64,000 nt of DNA from an uncultured Agathobacter sp. Its GTDB lineage: Bacteria; Bacillota; Clostridia; Lachnospirales; Lachnospiraceae. Where the stretch lies: positions 35,139 to 99,138 of the forward strand of contig CAKRLV010000009.1 in NCBI GenBank assembly GCA_934359755.1, read 5' to 3'. The translations under genes were made by a program, and so were the position numbers. How positions within the stretch are numbered: the stretch's first letter is position 1; each line of letters starts with the position of its first letter. This document shows positions 19,711 through 30,231 of this stretch, piece by piece. The notes under the pieces are model-generated. The model ran no database searches and was not told the DNA's origin. It was given only the letters and a program-made list of their open reading frames with translations.

Positions 19711-20395
19711 TTATATTCACCTCCTGACGGCATATTGCAATCTCAAGATTTCCATTTCTACATCTAAGTTCGTCTATGAACTCTTTTTCATTTTCTATGC
19801 TTTTCAAAGTAATATTGTATGTCAACTTATAAAGACTTCCCATATTTGATGTCTTTACAGAAACTGTCTCACAGCTTTTTGTATACTTCTCAAATAAATC
19901 ATAAAACACTTCACCGTAATTCAAGTCCTCTGGAATTGTTATCTTAAGTGTCTTATCAAGTGATGGGCGCTTATTGTTCCACACATCTACTGTGTTTAAT
20001 AAGAACATCACAATTCCCATGACTACTGTAAAAAGTACTGCGTATCCTAAGTAACCCATGCCTGCAATAAGTCCTGCTGCCATTGCCAGAAAAATAGTTC
20101 CTATTTCTTTAGCAGTTCCTGGTACCGAACGGAATCTCACAAGCGAGAACGCACCAGCGACCGCTACTCCGGCACCAACATTACCATTTACCATCATAAT
20201 TACAATACACACTGTTGCTGGCAGCATCATAAGTGTCACCACAAAACTCTTCGTGTAATTGCTCCTATAAGCATATACTCCTGCGATAAAAGCACCTATT
20301 AAAAGCGATACTAAAATACATATCATAAAATCTCCAACTGATATTGTTGTCTCCGCAACCGATTCAAAAATTCCTCCGAAAATATTATTAAGCAT
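19700..20395 (-). CDS. DUF4956-family membrane protein
   Basis: Four N-terminal TM helices plus a soluble C-terminal domain. Gene overlaps the VTC-domain gene. Confidence 0.55.
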   Translation of the reverse strand: MLNNIFGGIFESVAETTISVGDFMICILVSLLIGAFIAGVYAYRSNYTKSFVVTLMMLPATVCIVIMMVNGNVGAGVAVAGAFSLVRFRSVPGTAKEIGTIFLAMAAGLIAGMGYLGYAVLFTVVMGIVMFLLNTVDVWNNKRPSLDKTLKITIPEDLNYGEVFYDLFEKYTKSCETVSVKTSNMGSLYKLTYNITLKSIENEKEFIDELRCRNGNLEIAICRQEVNINEL

Positions 20396-21224
20396 AATTT
20401 ATTAATCCTCCATTTAATTCCTTTGATTGTTCTTCTTTTATCTGTTCCTCTGTAAGTTTTTCTTCTATTTGTTTTTCTTCTATTTGTTCTTCTTTTACCT
20501 GTTCTTCTTCACAGAGCGTCTTGTACTTACAGCCCTGCCGCATATACAACTGCTCATACGCCTTTGCATATTTTGAAAATGATGTCCTATAAATATGGTT
20601 GTCATTTAGAAATCTCACCAGCCACATCGGCATCGCATTTGCAACCTTTACTTCCAACATTATCTGCTCATCATTCAAAATTGGCTCACCATAAAAACCT
20701 TTATCAAGTGCAAGATCATAATTTCTCCATTTGATATTTTCATCAAATGTCATCCTGAATTCATGATCATCTTTTCCGTAAAATGCCTGCCTGTCATAAG
20801 AAAGAAATATTGCTGGCGCAAGATTTTTGTACTGCCTCATACAATAATCTATCTCATGTGTTATCTGCGTATCTGGGTTAACCGTCTTCTCTATCAGATA
20901 CTTTTCCATCTCATCCCTGCTAAGTGCAATACGCCTTTTGTATGTCACTGAATCATATTTCTTTTTGAGTTCTATAAATACTGTAGAATCCCTATCTGCA
21001 ATACCGTAACTTCTTACACGAAGTTTTTCTTTGTACATAGGATGCTCCATTGACCGTCGCACCAGCAGGAAATGCGGTGTATCAAAATACAAACTACAAT
21101 TTGTACTTTTTCCATGAACATCTTCTATCATGTAGTTCTTCATCTCGTCATGAAGTTCTTTAAACTGTGCACGGTTTAGCATATATTTAATCTCAAATCT
21201 TTTGAAAATCATCTGTTCTGCCAT
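20388..21224 (-). CDS. VTC-domain (polyphosphate polymerase-like, CYTH-like) protein
   Basis: N-terminal FKRFEIKYML...LYFDTP...LRVRSY motifs. Start at MAEQ (21224) is preceded by AAAGGAG. EEQ-rich C-terminal tail. Confidence 0.6.
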   Translation of the reverse strand: MAEQMIFKRFEIKYMLNRAQFKELHDEMKNYMIEDVHGKSTNCSLYFDTPHFLLVRRSMEHPMYKEKLRVRSYGIADRDSTVFIELKKKYDSVTYKRRIALSRDEMEKYLIEKTVNPDTQITHEIDYCMRQYKNLAPAIFLSYDRQAFYGKDDHEFRMTFDENIKWRNYDLALDKGFYGEPILNDEQIMLEVKVANAMPMWLVRFLNDNHIYRTSFSKYAKAYEQLYMRQGCKYKTLCEEEQVKEEQIEEKQIEEKLTEEQIKEEQSKELNGGLINYA

Positions 21225-21333
21225 ATAATTATTGCTCCTTTCGTTTGAGTACATAATAAAGACAGAACCTTAAACCAACCTTAAGAAAAAATTTTTTTTA
21301 TATTTTTCTTTTGTATTGCGAAAACCGGGTACA

Positions 21334-21360
21334 AAAAAACCAGTCATCACGACTGGTTTT
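21334..21360. terminator. Bidirectional terminator
   Basis: AAAAACCAGTCATCACGACTGGTTTT hairpin. Confidence 0.7.
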
Positions 21361-21404
21361 CCTTTATAAACTATATAAATTTGTCATTAATTTACAACTT
21401 TTAG

Positions 21405-21989
21405 TCAAATTCTACTTAATACTCGTCTGACTACAATTCTCGCATCTGAATAATCACACCCCGAAATTCCTATGAAATAATCTACAGCATCATCAATTGT
21501 ATCAAGCGTATAATTATCGCATATGTACTTCTCTACTGCGTTAAGAGTTGCATTGTCAAGCACCGGATACCTGCCTTCTAACACATCCTCTATCACACTA
21601 ACCCATTTCTTTGCCACTGAACAACTGTAGCCTTCGATAGGACTGCCCTCATAATCAAATACAAGGCGCCCAAGCTTAATCCTTGGATTCTCAATCTGTT
21701 CTATGTCATACTCAGTCTCAACACCCATGTCTGACACAAATACTATCATGCCTTTTCTAAGTTCGAGTCTGCCTGTTGTAAGCTTAAGATTCGCTTCTGA
21801 ACGGAAGTAAACAGTCTTAGCCAGCTGATTCATAGTACGCTCAACCCCCATAATAGCACACGACTGTTTAGGCTGCTTCTTCAAAGTCTCCCTGTAATAT
21901 TTAAGAGCCATGTCAAATTCTTCACATTGCTCGCATTGCTGTGCTACATTCAATAGTTCTTCAATTGTGTAATCTTTCTTATTCTGCAT
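21405..21989 (-). CDS. Hypothetical protein
   Basis: 194-aa ORF with an RBS. No recognisable motifs. Confidence 0.5.
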   Translation of the reverse strand: MQNKKDYTIEELLNVAQQCEQCEEFDMALKYYRETLKKQPKQSCAIMGVERTMNQLAKTVYFRSEANLKLTTGRLELRKGMIVFVSDMGVETEYDIEQIENPRIKLGRLVFDYEGSPIEGYSCSVAKKWVSVIEDVLEGRYPVLDNATLNAVEKYICDNYTLDTIDDAVDYFIGISGCDYSDARIVVRRVLSRI

Positions 21990-22219
21990 GGTCGCCCCTC
22001 TAAATGTTATACTCTTACTCTTATATGTTGCTATTTATTTTTTTATTTCTTGCTTCTTATACTCTTGCTTCCCACTTTTTATTTATGATATTAAGGTCAA
22101 AAGGTATTTGCCCTCTCATATGTGATTAATCAGATATATAATAAGGACTACTTGAAAAACAAGCAGCCCGTGCCCCAGAGCTTTCGCTCTCACCAATCTA
22201 TGATTGATGTGCCAAGGAA

Positions 22220-22293
22220 TCGGAATGACGTGATTCGAACACGCGACCCCCTCGTCCCGAACGAGGTGCTCTACCAAACTGAGCCACATTCCG
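22220..22293 (-). tRNA. tRNA-Pro (anticodon CGG)
   Basis: Cloverleaf CGGAATG/CATTCCG acceptor stem, D arm GCTCAGTTTGGTAGAGC, anticodon arm CCTCG-TTCGGGA-CGAGG, T arm GCGTG-TTCGAAT-CACGT. CCA is not encoded. Confidence 0.85.
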
Positions 22294-22521
22294 AAATTAA
22301 CAGCATATACATTATAACACCTTAGGACTAGAATTTCTATATCAGTATGCCTTTTTTTTTCTATAAATCAATGATATTATGTTACTGTTTAAACACAAGC
22401 CTGGCACCTCGCTGTCAAGCCATGCGCCATAGAGCTAATTGTTGAGTGATATTATGATATGAGAGCCAAAAGGTATTTTGCCCCCTTAAACGGCTTGTAG
22501 ATTATTAATGGAGGAATATAT

Positions 22522-23253
22522 ATGAGCAAAAATATATTAATTACTGGTGCTTCGCGCGGAATCGGTGCTGCAATAGCATATAGATTTGCTGCAGACGGAT
22601 ACAATATTTCTATATGCTGCCGAAATAGTACCTCTGAGCTTAATTCTCTTGCAGACGACTTGAAAAAATTATTCCACGTGGATGTACTTTCCTTTGTTGG
22701 CGATGTTGGAGATGATTCATTTGTAAGCAATATGATATATGAAACAATCAGGCAATTCGGTCACATTGATGTACTTGTGAACAATGCAGGTATCTCATAT
22801 ATTGGACTTTTATCTGATATGAATCTCGATGACTGGAATACAATAATAAATACTAACCTCACATCCGTATTTCTTACCTGTAAATACGCCACTCCTCATA
22901 TGGTAGCCAGACAATCTGGAAAAATCATCAATATATCATCCGTGTGGGGAAATGTCGGAGCTTCATGCGAAGTTGCCTATTCAGCGTCAAAGGGCGGAAT
23001 AAATGCTTTCACAAAGGCGCTTGGCAAGGAACTTGCACCTAGCAATATCTCTGTAAACGCCATTTCATGCGGTGTGATAGATACAGCTATGAACAGCTGC
23101 TTTGACGAAGAAGAAAGACAATGTCTCGCAGACGAAATACCCGCTGGCCGCTTTGGAAAAGCAGATGAGGTAGCCTCTCTTTCATTTTCTTTAGCAAACG
23201 AAAGCAGCTACCTCACCAGTCAGGTTATCACTCTTGATGGTGGCTGGCAATAA
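22522..23253 (+). CDS. SDR-family oxidoreductase (FabG-like)
   Basis: TGASRGIGAAIA Rossmann motif, NNAG, and the Y..K catalytic pair. Confidence 0.85.
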   Translation: MSKNILITGASRGIGAAIAYRFAADGYNISICCRNSTSELNSLADDLKKLFHVDVLSFVGDVGDDSFVSNMIYETIRQFGHIDVLVNNAGISYIGLLSDMNLDDWNTIINTNLTSVFLTCKYATPHMVARQSGKIINISSVWGNVGASCEVAYSASKGGINAFTKALGKELAPSNISVNAISCGVIDTAMNSCFDEEERQCLADEIPAGRFGKADEVASLSFSLANESSYLTSQVITLDGGWQ

Positions 23254-25386
23254 TTATTCAGCCACTAGTATTATTGCCGTTCTCTCCGGCACACGGATTG
23301 TATTTACACCAAGGATTTCTGTCATGGAACCAACGTCCTCTCCATCCTTGTATTCACAATATGTGTTCACATCCACTATCCAGTGCAGTCCATTTGGCAA
23401 TACAGGAAGCTGTATTACAAGTGGCTGCCAGTAAGCATTCATACAGTAAAATACAATATCATCTTCTGTGTCCTCTTCGTTTCTTCCCGCAAACATTACC
23501 CCGATCATATGTGTGTCAAAGTTGGTATTTGCATTAAATGGTGTACCATTGTGTATACTTATCTCAGGAAGCTGGCACGCCGCTGGCTTAGTACTTTTTC
23601 TTAAAATAGGATGGTTCTTTCTAAATTGTATCATGTGTCTTGCAAAATCATGAATTTCTTTGTATTCCTCAAGTCGGTTCCAATCCAGCCATGAAATTAT
23701 ATTGTCCTGACAGTATGCGTTATTGTTTCCAAACTGTGTATTACAGAATTCATCTCCCGCAAAAAACATCGCTGGTCCCCGGCTGCACAGGAGTGTCGCA
23801 AATGCATTCTTTACAAGTCTGCTTCTTAATCCGTTCACACCCTGGTCATCAGTCTCACCCTCGAATCCACAGTTCCAGCTATGACCATTATTGTCACCAT
23901 CTGTATTATCCCATCCGTTTTTCTCATTATGCTTATTATTGTAGGAATAAAGATCATATAGTGTAAATCCATCGTGACATGTAAGGAAGTTAACGGATGC
24001 ACGATGACCACGTCCTGATGGGCTATACAAGTCTCTTGAACCAGTGATTCTGGCGATAGCATTTCCAGCCATTCCATCGTCACCTTTTAAGAAACATCTC
24101 ATCTCATCTCTGTATCTTCCATTCCACTCTGCCCATCTGTTCCATGATGGGAAACTTCCTACCTGATACAATCCTCCTGCATCCCATGCCTCTGCGATAA
24201 GCTTCATTTTACCGAGCAATGAATCAAATGCAAGACTTTCAAGTATTGGTGGATTTGCCATAGGTGCACCATTCTGATCCCTGCCAAGAATTGATGCAAG
24301 ATCGAATCTGAATCCGTCAACTCTGTATTCTATTGCCCAGTGTCTGAGACAGTCCAGTATAAAATGTCTAACCACAGGGTGGTTACAATTCATAACATTA
24401 CCACAGCCACTGAAATTATAATAGTATCCATCTGGCGTCAACATGTAATATACATTGTTATCAATTCCCTTAAATGAGAAACAAGGTCCAAATTCATTTC
24501 CCTCCGCAGTATGGTTAAATACTACATCGAGAATTACTTCTATGTCGTTCTCTTTAAGCTCTTTTATTAATTTCTTTAGTTCATCACCTTCACGGTTATG
24601 TTGGTCATTATACGCATATCCAGTATTTGGTGCAAAAAAGGATACTGTATTGTAACCCCAGTAATTATAAAGCTGCTCTCCATCGACAACTCTTGCGCTC
24701 TCCATCTCGTCAAACTCAAATATAGGCATAAGCTCGACTGCATTTATTCCAAGATCCTTTAGGTAAGGAATCTTCTCTCTAAGTCCCTCGAACGTACCTG
24801 GTGCATTTACTCCTGACGATTTATCCTTCGTAAATCCCCTTACATGTGCTTCATAGATTACAAGATCTTCGAAGTCATGCTCTAGCTGCTTTATATCGCC
24901 CCAGTCGAAATTACTTTTGACAACTCTGGCTCTGTATACAAATGGCTCTCCATTTTTTCTTTTCTCACCCCAGTTCTTCTGGCCTGTTACAGCTTTAGAA
25001 TATGGATCAAGTATTATTCTGTCTTTATTAAACAAGAATCCTCTTGCCGGATCATAAGGACCATCAAACTGGAATGCATATTCTATTCCATCTGGCTTTA
25101 TGTCATAGACGAGCATAGAATAAGTATCACCTATTCTATAGGCATCCGGATATGGCAATGTAGCAAAAGGCTCTTTCTCTCCTTCGTGGAAAAGTAACAG
25201 CGTACATGCTGTTGCATTATGTGAACTTACTGTAAAACTTATTCCATTTGTTGCCTGACATGCTCCATTCGTCCTGAAAAAACCAGGTCTGACCCTGAAA
25301 CCATTTATCTCATCAAGTGCCTGAAGATTTGTGTCCACAATGTCAGCTTCTTTATCACCGATGATTCTCTCTCTCCAAATATTCAT
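23254..25386 (-). CDS. GH13 glycogen debranching enzyme / type I pullulanase-like (CBM48 + alpha-amylase catalytic domain)
   Basis: Motifs YNYWGYNTVSFFAPN, YRVDGFRFDLASIL, EAWD, FLTCHDGFTL. Confidence 0.8.
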   Translation of the reverse strand: MNIWRERIIGDKEADIVDTNLQALDEINGFRVRPGFFRTNGACQATNGISFTVSSHNATACTLLLFHEGEKEPFATLPYPDAYRIGDTYSMLVYDIKPDGIEYAFQFDGPYDPARGFLFNKDRIILDPYSKAVTGQKNWGEKRKNGEPFVYRARVVKSNFDWGDIKQLEHDFEDLVIYEAHVRGFTKDKSSGVNAPGTFEGLREKIPYLKDLGINAVELMPIFEFDEMESARVVDGEQLYNYWGYNTVSFFAPNTGYAYNDQHNREGDELKKLIKELKENDIEVILDVVFNHTAEGNEFGPCFSFKGIDNNVYYMLTPDGYYYNFSGCGNVMNCNHPVVRHFILDCLRHWAIEYRVDGFRFDLASILGRDQNGAPMANPPILESLAFDSLLGKMKLIAEAWDAGGLYQVGSFPSWNRWAEWNGRYRDEMRCFLKGDDGMAGNAIARITGSRDLYSPSGRGHRASVNFLTCHDGFTLYDLYSYNNKHNEKNGWDNTDGDNNGHSWNCGFEGETDDQGVNGLRSRLVKNAFATLLCSRGPAMFFAGDEFCNTQFGNNNAYCQDNIISWLDWNRLEEYKEIHDFARHMIQFRKNHPILRKSTKPAACQLPEISIHNGTPFNANTNFDTHMIGVMFAGRNEEDTEDDIVFYCMNAYWQPLVIQLPVLPNGLHWIVDVNTYCEYKDGEDVGSMTEILGVNTIRVPERTAIILVAE

Positions 25387-25393
25387 AACGAAT

Positions 25394-26566
25394 CTACTCC
25401 TTTATCATTAATTTTCCTTCCGAGTCAAAGCTGATGTTACTGTATGGTTCGGAATATGTATTAATATTGTCTATTATTGATTGTTTCCTGTCGTCTGTAA
25501 CTACAGTCGGGCAAAAATCATTGTAGCCGCTTACTGAACTGAGTGTACACGGAATAATATGTGCATTTACATCCTGCTGCAGCTGACCATCAACATACGT
25601 AAATGTCTGCTGATACAACATAGTATTTTTGTCGGAAGGATTCCTGTTTCCTCCAAAACAGAAATTTCCAAGGCTGTAACATATTACTTTTCCATTATAA
25701 AGTTCTACACCTTGCAAAACATGTGGATGATTACCGATTACCAGATCCGCTCCGCAATCTATGAGCGAATGTGCAAGTGTCCTCTGAAAATCCTGTGGAT
25801 AGTATTGGCGTTCTATCCCCCAGTGACAACACGCAATTATCAGATCAATCCCCTGTTCCTTCAAGCTGGCTATTCCATCTTTGAGGTAATTAATACTCTG
25901 CTCACCCTGGAAAATAACATTTGATGATACAATTCCAATCTTTAACCCATCATCTGTCGTATATATTCCTGCCTGGTCGTTATATCCATATATTATTCCA
26001 GCACCATCAAGAGCGTTCTGCGTATCAGTAAGACTCTGTGGTCCATAATCACTTGAATGATTATTTCCAAGCGAGCAGGCTTCTATTGAACTGCCTGTCA
26101 TGATATCAACATACTCCGGTTCACCTTTTAGGTTGTATGTCTTCTCAACTCTTTCATTGGATGTGGTCAGTACACACTCCAGATTAATAAGTGTAAAATC
26201 ATCCGCTTCAAATATGCCCCTTACACCGCTGAAGAAATAATCCGCCCCCTTACTGTCATAGTATGCCGCAAATGAACCCTCATATCCCTGCTTCTGGGTC
26301 TTACCTAATGTACAGTCTCCTGTGGCTGTGATAGTTACTGTCTTTATGCTGTTATCGGTTTCAGCTTCAACCTGTGTATTTTCTTCCTCTATTGCTTCTG
26401 TTGGTGTATCATTATCCTTTTTAGAGATATCTTCTTCTGCTGACGGAGACTGCTGTGCACTATTATTTGTCTCCTGCGATTTTGTGTCACTTTTCGAATT
26501 GCCAAGAGCGCATCCTGACAGAGCAATGCAGCCCATCGTCATAAAAATAAGCAGTTTCTTTTTCAT
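25394..26566 (-). CDS. CapA-family (poly-gamma-glutamate/metallophosphatase-like) lipoprotein
   Basis: Lipobox LSGCA. Motifs TGDCTLG, CCHWGIE, GNHPHVLQGVE. Confidence 0.7.
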   Translation of the reverse strand: MKKKLLIFMTMGCIALSGCALGNSKSDTKSQETNNSAQQSPSAEEDISKKDNDTPTEAIEEENTQVEAETDNSIKTVTITATGDCTLGKTQKQGYEGSFAAYYDSKGADYFFSGVRGIFEADDFTLINLECVLTTSNERVEKTYNLKGEPEYVDIMTGSSIEACSLGNNHSSDYGPQSLTDTQNALDGAGIIYGYNDQAGIYTTDDGLKIGIVSSNVIFQGEQSINYLKDGIASLKEQGIDLIIACCHWGIERQYYPQDFQRTLAHSLIDCGADLVIGNHPHVLQGVELYNGKVICYSLGNFCFGGNRNPSDKNTMLYQQTFTYVDGQLQQDVNAHIIPCTLSSVSGYNDFCPTVVTDDRKQSIIDNINTYSEPYSNISFDSEGKLMIKE

Positions 26567-26573
26567 GTTGTCC

Positions 26574-27356
26574 TTATCCTCTTTGCAAAATATCTACTGT
26601 ATGGGCTGTGGCTCCCATCAAATCAGCTCTCTCACATACCGTTAGATGGTATTCTATGAATTTGTTGAATTCCTCTTCATTTAGTCTGTTTAATACAGGT
26701 CTCATATAATTCGCTGCACCATCTGCTGCAATTATCTGAACCCTGTCAAGTTCTGCGTCCGCATTGAGTGATTCTATATCCTCTGTTCTCACAAAACTAT
26801 ATAGCTCATTCGCCTTGCTTGTGCAGTGATATGATTCATCAAGCATGCCCTCTTTAAGCCCTTCTAATATATGTCCTTCCTTGAATGCATAAGTGATAAC
26901 ACTGTATTCGTTCATAATATAGGCAACCAATATATAGCCGCCCTTTCTAGTAACGCGCTTTGCCTCTGAAAGTGCTTTGAGCTTGTCTTCTCTGGAATGC
27001 AGATGATACATTGGTCCAAAAAGCAATGTCAGATCAAAACTCTCATCATCGAATTTAGATAACTTTAAGGCATTGCCCTGATATGCTTTTACGCCTGCGT
27101 CTTTTTGCTTTAGGCGGCTTAAATTATGCTTAACAAGTTCGACTGCCGAAACATCATACCCCTCAAGTGCAAGTGGAACACTGTATCTGCCGGTTCCTGC
27201 ACCAATATCAAGTATCTTCGGCTCACTTTGTTCTTTTAAAATATCGAGATATTTATGAATATATCGCATCGATGTGACGAACTCGACCTGCCCATGCCTG
27301 CTGTTTAGTCTCTTCTCTTCGTTGAATTTGTTGTAATATTCTTCTATATTTGTCAC
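26574..27356 (-). CDS. Class I SAM-dependent methyltransferase
   Basis: Motif LDIGAGTGRYSVPLA. Confidence 0.75.
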   Translation of the reverse strand: MTNIEEYYNKFNEEKRLNSRHGQVEFVTSMRYIHKYLDILKEQSEPKILDIGAGTGRYSVPLALEGYDVSAVELVKHNLSRLKQKDAGVKAYQGNALKLSKFDDESFDLTLLFGPMYHLHSREDKLKALSEAKRVTRKGGYILVAYIMNEYSVITYAFKEGHILEGLKEGMLDESYHCTSKANELYSFVRTEDIESLNADAELDRVQIIAADGAANYMRPVLNRLNEEEFNKFIEYHLTVCERADLMGATAHTVDILQRG

Positions 27357-27589
27357 TGATATAATCCTTTTGTTTCTAATTGTCGTAACTGCTCAGTACC
27401 TTCACAGTTGCGAGCCGCATATTTCTGTACTGAATAGTTACTAATTATTGTCCTGAATATAAAAAATAAACTCTGTGAAACAGTTATTACATATCATTCT
27501 ATCAACAATATACGCTATATATTGTATCATAATTATTATATAAATACAATCTATGTAACTACTTCTATCTATCTTATAGCCTTATAGCG

Positions 27590-27625
27590 CAAAAAAGAGG
27601 CATCACTGCCTCTTTTTTATCAAAT
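27590..27625. terminator. Rho-independent terminator
   Basis: AAAAGAGGCATCACTGCCTCTTTTTT. Confidence 0.7.
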
Positions 27626-27652
27626 ATATTCAGTCTATTAAATTTGCTCTGA

Positions 27653-28015
27653 CTACTGATGTTCAATATGCTCTCTGCCCTGTGCAATAATACTTCGCAC
27701 ATGCTCATCATCAAGAGAATAAAAAATCGACTTTCCTTCCCTGCGGCTCTTGACAAGCTTATTCTGCTTTAAGATTCTAAGCTGATGCGATATCGCCGAC
27801 TGTGTCATGTTCAAAACAGCAGCCAGATCACATACACATACCTCTGCCTCAAACAAAACAAACAATATTCTTATCCTTGTCGAATCGCCGAATATTTTGA
27901 ACAATTCAGCCAGATCATATAACTCGGTCTCCTCTGGCATCGTATCATTTACGACCTTAAGGAGATCTGGATGTACCTCACATACTTCACAACATTCTTC
28001 ATCTTTCTTCTGCAT
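27653..28015 (-). CDS. ArsR/SmtB-family metalloregulator (CadC-like)
   Basis: HTH DSTRIRILFVL...CVCDLA, and an N-terminal CCEVCEV metal-binding site. Confidence 0.8.
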   Translation of the reverse strand: MQKKDEECCEVCEVHPDLLKVVNDTMPEETELYDLAELFKIFGDSTRIRILFVLFEAEVCVCDLAAVLNMTQSAISHQLRILKQNKLVKSRREGKSIFYSLDDEHVRSIIAQGREHIEHQ

Positions 28016-28017
28016 AC

Positions 28018-29919
28018 TTACCTCAATTTCTTCACCATCAATGCCCTTATTGCATTAATAACAGCGATTACCATTACGCCTACATCTGCAAAAATAGCTG
28101 CCCACATATTGGCAATTCCGATTGCTCCAAGTATAAGGCATATTACCTTAATACCGATTGCAAAATAAATATTCTCATATACAATTCTAAGACACTTTCT
28201 CGATATCTTGATTGCCCTTGAAATCTTAAGAGGATCATCATCCATAAGAACAACATCAGCTGCTTCTATGGCTGCATCCGATCCCATTGCCCCCATAGCA
28301 ATTCCAATGTCAGCTCTTGACAGAACCGGTGCATCATTTATTCCATCACCGACAAACACAAGCTTGTCTTTCTCGTTCTTATTAGCAATGAGTTCCTCTA
28401 CCTTTGATACTTTATCAGCTGGCAGAAGTTCACTGTATACCTTATCTATTCCAAGTGTACCTGCGACATCTTCTGCTACTTCTTTAGCATCGCCAGTAAG
28501 CATTATTATATTCTTAACTCCTGCTTTATGCAACTTTTCAATTGCTTCCTTAGCTGTTGGTTTAATCTTATCCGATATAAGAATGTAACCTACATATCTG
28601 CCATCTACTGCAACATGAACTATAGTTCCTACCTCATGACTCTCATCACATGCAAGTCCAAGCTTTCTCATGAGCTTTGAATTACCAACCGCAACACTTA
28701 TTCCATCTACCTTAGCAGTAATACCATGTCCACTTATCTCTTCAATATCTGTAACACGGTTCTTGTCTATCTCCTTGCCATATGCCTGCTGTAAGCTCTT
28801 GCTTATAGGATGACTTGAATAACTCTCAGAATATGCAGCATACTCAAGTACTTCATCTGCTGTCAGATTCTTATTGTTAATCCTGCTCACCTCAAATACA
28901 CCCTGAGTCACAGTTCCTGTCTTATCAAGTACAACATACTTCGTCTGCGATAATGTCTCAAGGTAACTCGAACCCTTAACAAGAACTCCTGTGTTACTTG
29001 CTCCACCGATTCCTGCAAAGAAGCTAAGCGGAATACTTATAACAAGTGCGCATGGACAGCTTATTACTAAGAAAGTAAGTGCCCTGTATATCCATTCTCC
29101 CCACATAGGAGAGCCATTCATAAAAAGCATGATAAAAATTGGTGGCAGGATTGCAAGTGCAAGTGCCCCATAGCAAACAGCCGGTGTATAGTACCTGGCA
29201 AATTTGGAAATAAAATTCTCTGAACGTGACTTCTTTGAGCTTGCATTCTCTACAAGATCAAGAATTTTTGATACTGTAGAATCCCCAAATTCCTTGGTCG
29301 TCTTTATCTTCAAAACACCTGACATATTGATACATCCACTTATGATTTCATCACCTTCCTTTACATTTCTAGGAAGACTCTCACCCGTAAGTGCGCTTGT
29401 GTTCAATGTAGATGTGCCTTCTTCGACAATTCCATCGATTGGAACTTTCTCACCTGGCTTTACAATTATAACAGTTCCGATTTCAACCTCATCAGGATCT
29501 ACTTTCTCGATATTGCCATCTACGTCTATATTAGCATAATCAGGTCGTATATCCATAAGCTCACTTATATTCTTACGGCTCTTGCCTACAGCATAACTCT
29601 GGAAAAGTTCTCCAATCTGATAGAAAAGCATAACAGCTATCGCCTCTGTATAATCACCATTCTCATATATTGCTATGGCCATGGCACCGATTGTCGCTAC
29701 CGCCATCAGGAAATTCTCATCAAATACCTGCTTATTGCGGATTCCCTTAAAAGCCTTAAGCAATATATCGTAACCAACTACCAGATAAGGTATCATATAC
29801 AGCACAAAACGAATTACTCTTACAGGTATACCCTCGCCAAAAGGAATAAATTTGAGAACTATCATAAAAACTGCTGCTATAATAATTCTAATCAGCATCT
29901 TTTTTTGTTTCTTGTTCAT
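28018..29919 (-). CDS. Heavy-metal (Cd/Zn-type) translocating P1B-type ATPase lacking an N-terminal HMA domain
   Basis: Motifs CPC (SCPCALVIS), DKTGTVT, GDGINDAP. Confidence 0.85.
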   Translation of the reverse strand: MNKKQKKMLIRIIIAAVFMIVLKFIPFGEGIPVRVIRFVLYMIPYLVVGYDILLKAFKGIRNKQVFDENFLMAVATIGAMAIAIYENGDYTEAIAVMLFYQIGELFQSYAVGKSRKNISELMDIRPDYANIDVDGNIEKVDPDEVEIGTVIIVKPGEKVPIDGIVEEGTSTLNTSALTGESLPRNVKEGDEIISGCINMSGVLKIKTTKEFGDSTVSKILDLVENASSKKSRSENFISKFARYYTPAVCYGALALAILPPIFIMLFMNGSPMWGEWIYRALTFLVISCPCALVISIPLSFFAGIGGASNTGVLVKGSSYLETLSQTKYVVLDKTGTVTQGVFEVSRINNKNLTADEVLEYAAYSESYSSHPISKSLQQAYGKEIDKNRVTDIEEISGHGITAKVDGISVAVGNSKLMRKLGLACDESHEVGTIVHVAVDGRYVGYILISDKIKPTAKEAIEKLHKAGVKNIIMLTGDAKEVAEDVAGTLGIDKVYSELLPADKVSKVEELIANKNEKDKLVFVGDGINDAPVLSRADIGIAMGAMGSDAAIEAADVVLMDDDPLKISRAIKISRKCLRIVYENIYFAIGIKVICLILGAIGIANMWAAIFADVGVMVIAVINAIRALMVKKLR

Positions 29920-30000
29920 ACTCCAACCCTCACATAATCTAAATATGGGTATTTCTAAGATTCATATCATATACAGCATTCATGCCACATCTGATATATT

Positions 30001-30219
30001 CTATAAGTAAATCTCGCAGTCATCTTCTACTTTCTTGCAATTCTTAAGGACTTCCTGCATTATAGCCTTAGCATCCTGACCATCTTCAAATTCAACATTC
30101 ATCTTAAGAGTCATGAAATTAACAGTAGCATTTTTTACTCCTGCTGTCTTCTTAGCTGCCTCCTCCATCTTGTTAGCACAGTTCGCACAATCCACCTCGA
30201 TCTTGTATGATTTCTTCAT
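30001..30219 (-). CDS. Heavy-metal-associated (HMA) domain metallochaperone
   Basis: 72 aa with a CANC metal-binding motif in a ferredoxin-like fold. Confidence 0.7.
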   Translation of the reverse strand: MKKSYKIEVDCANCANKMEEAAKKTAGVKNATVNFMTLKMNVEFEDGQDAKAIMQEVLKNCKKVEDDCEIYL

Positions 30220-30231
30220 AATGTGTTCTCC

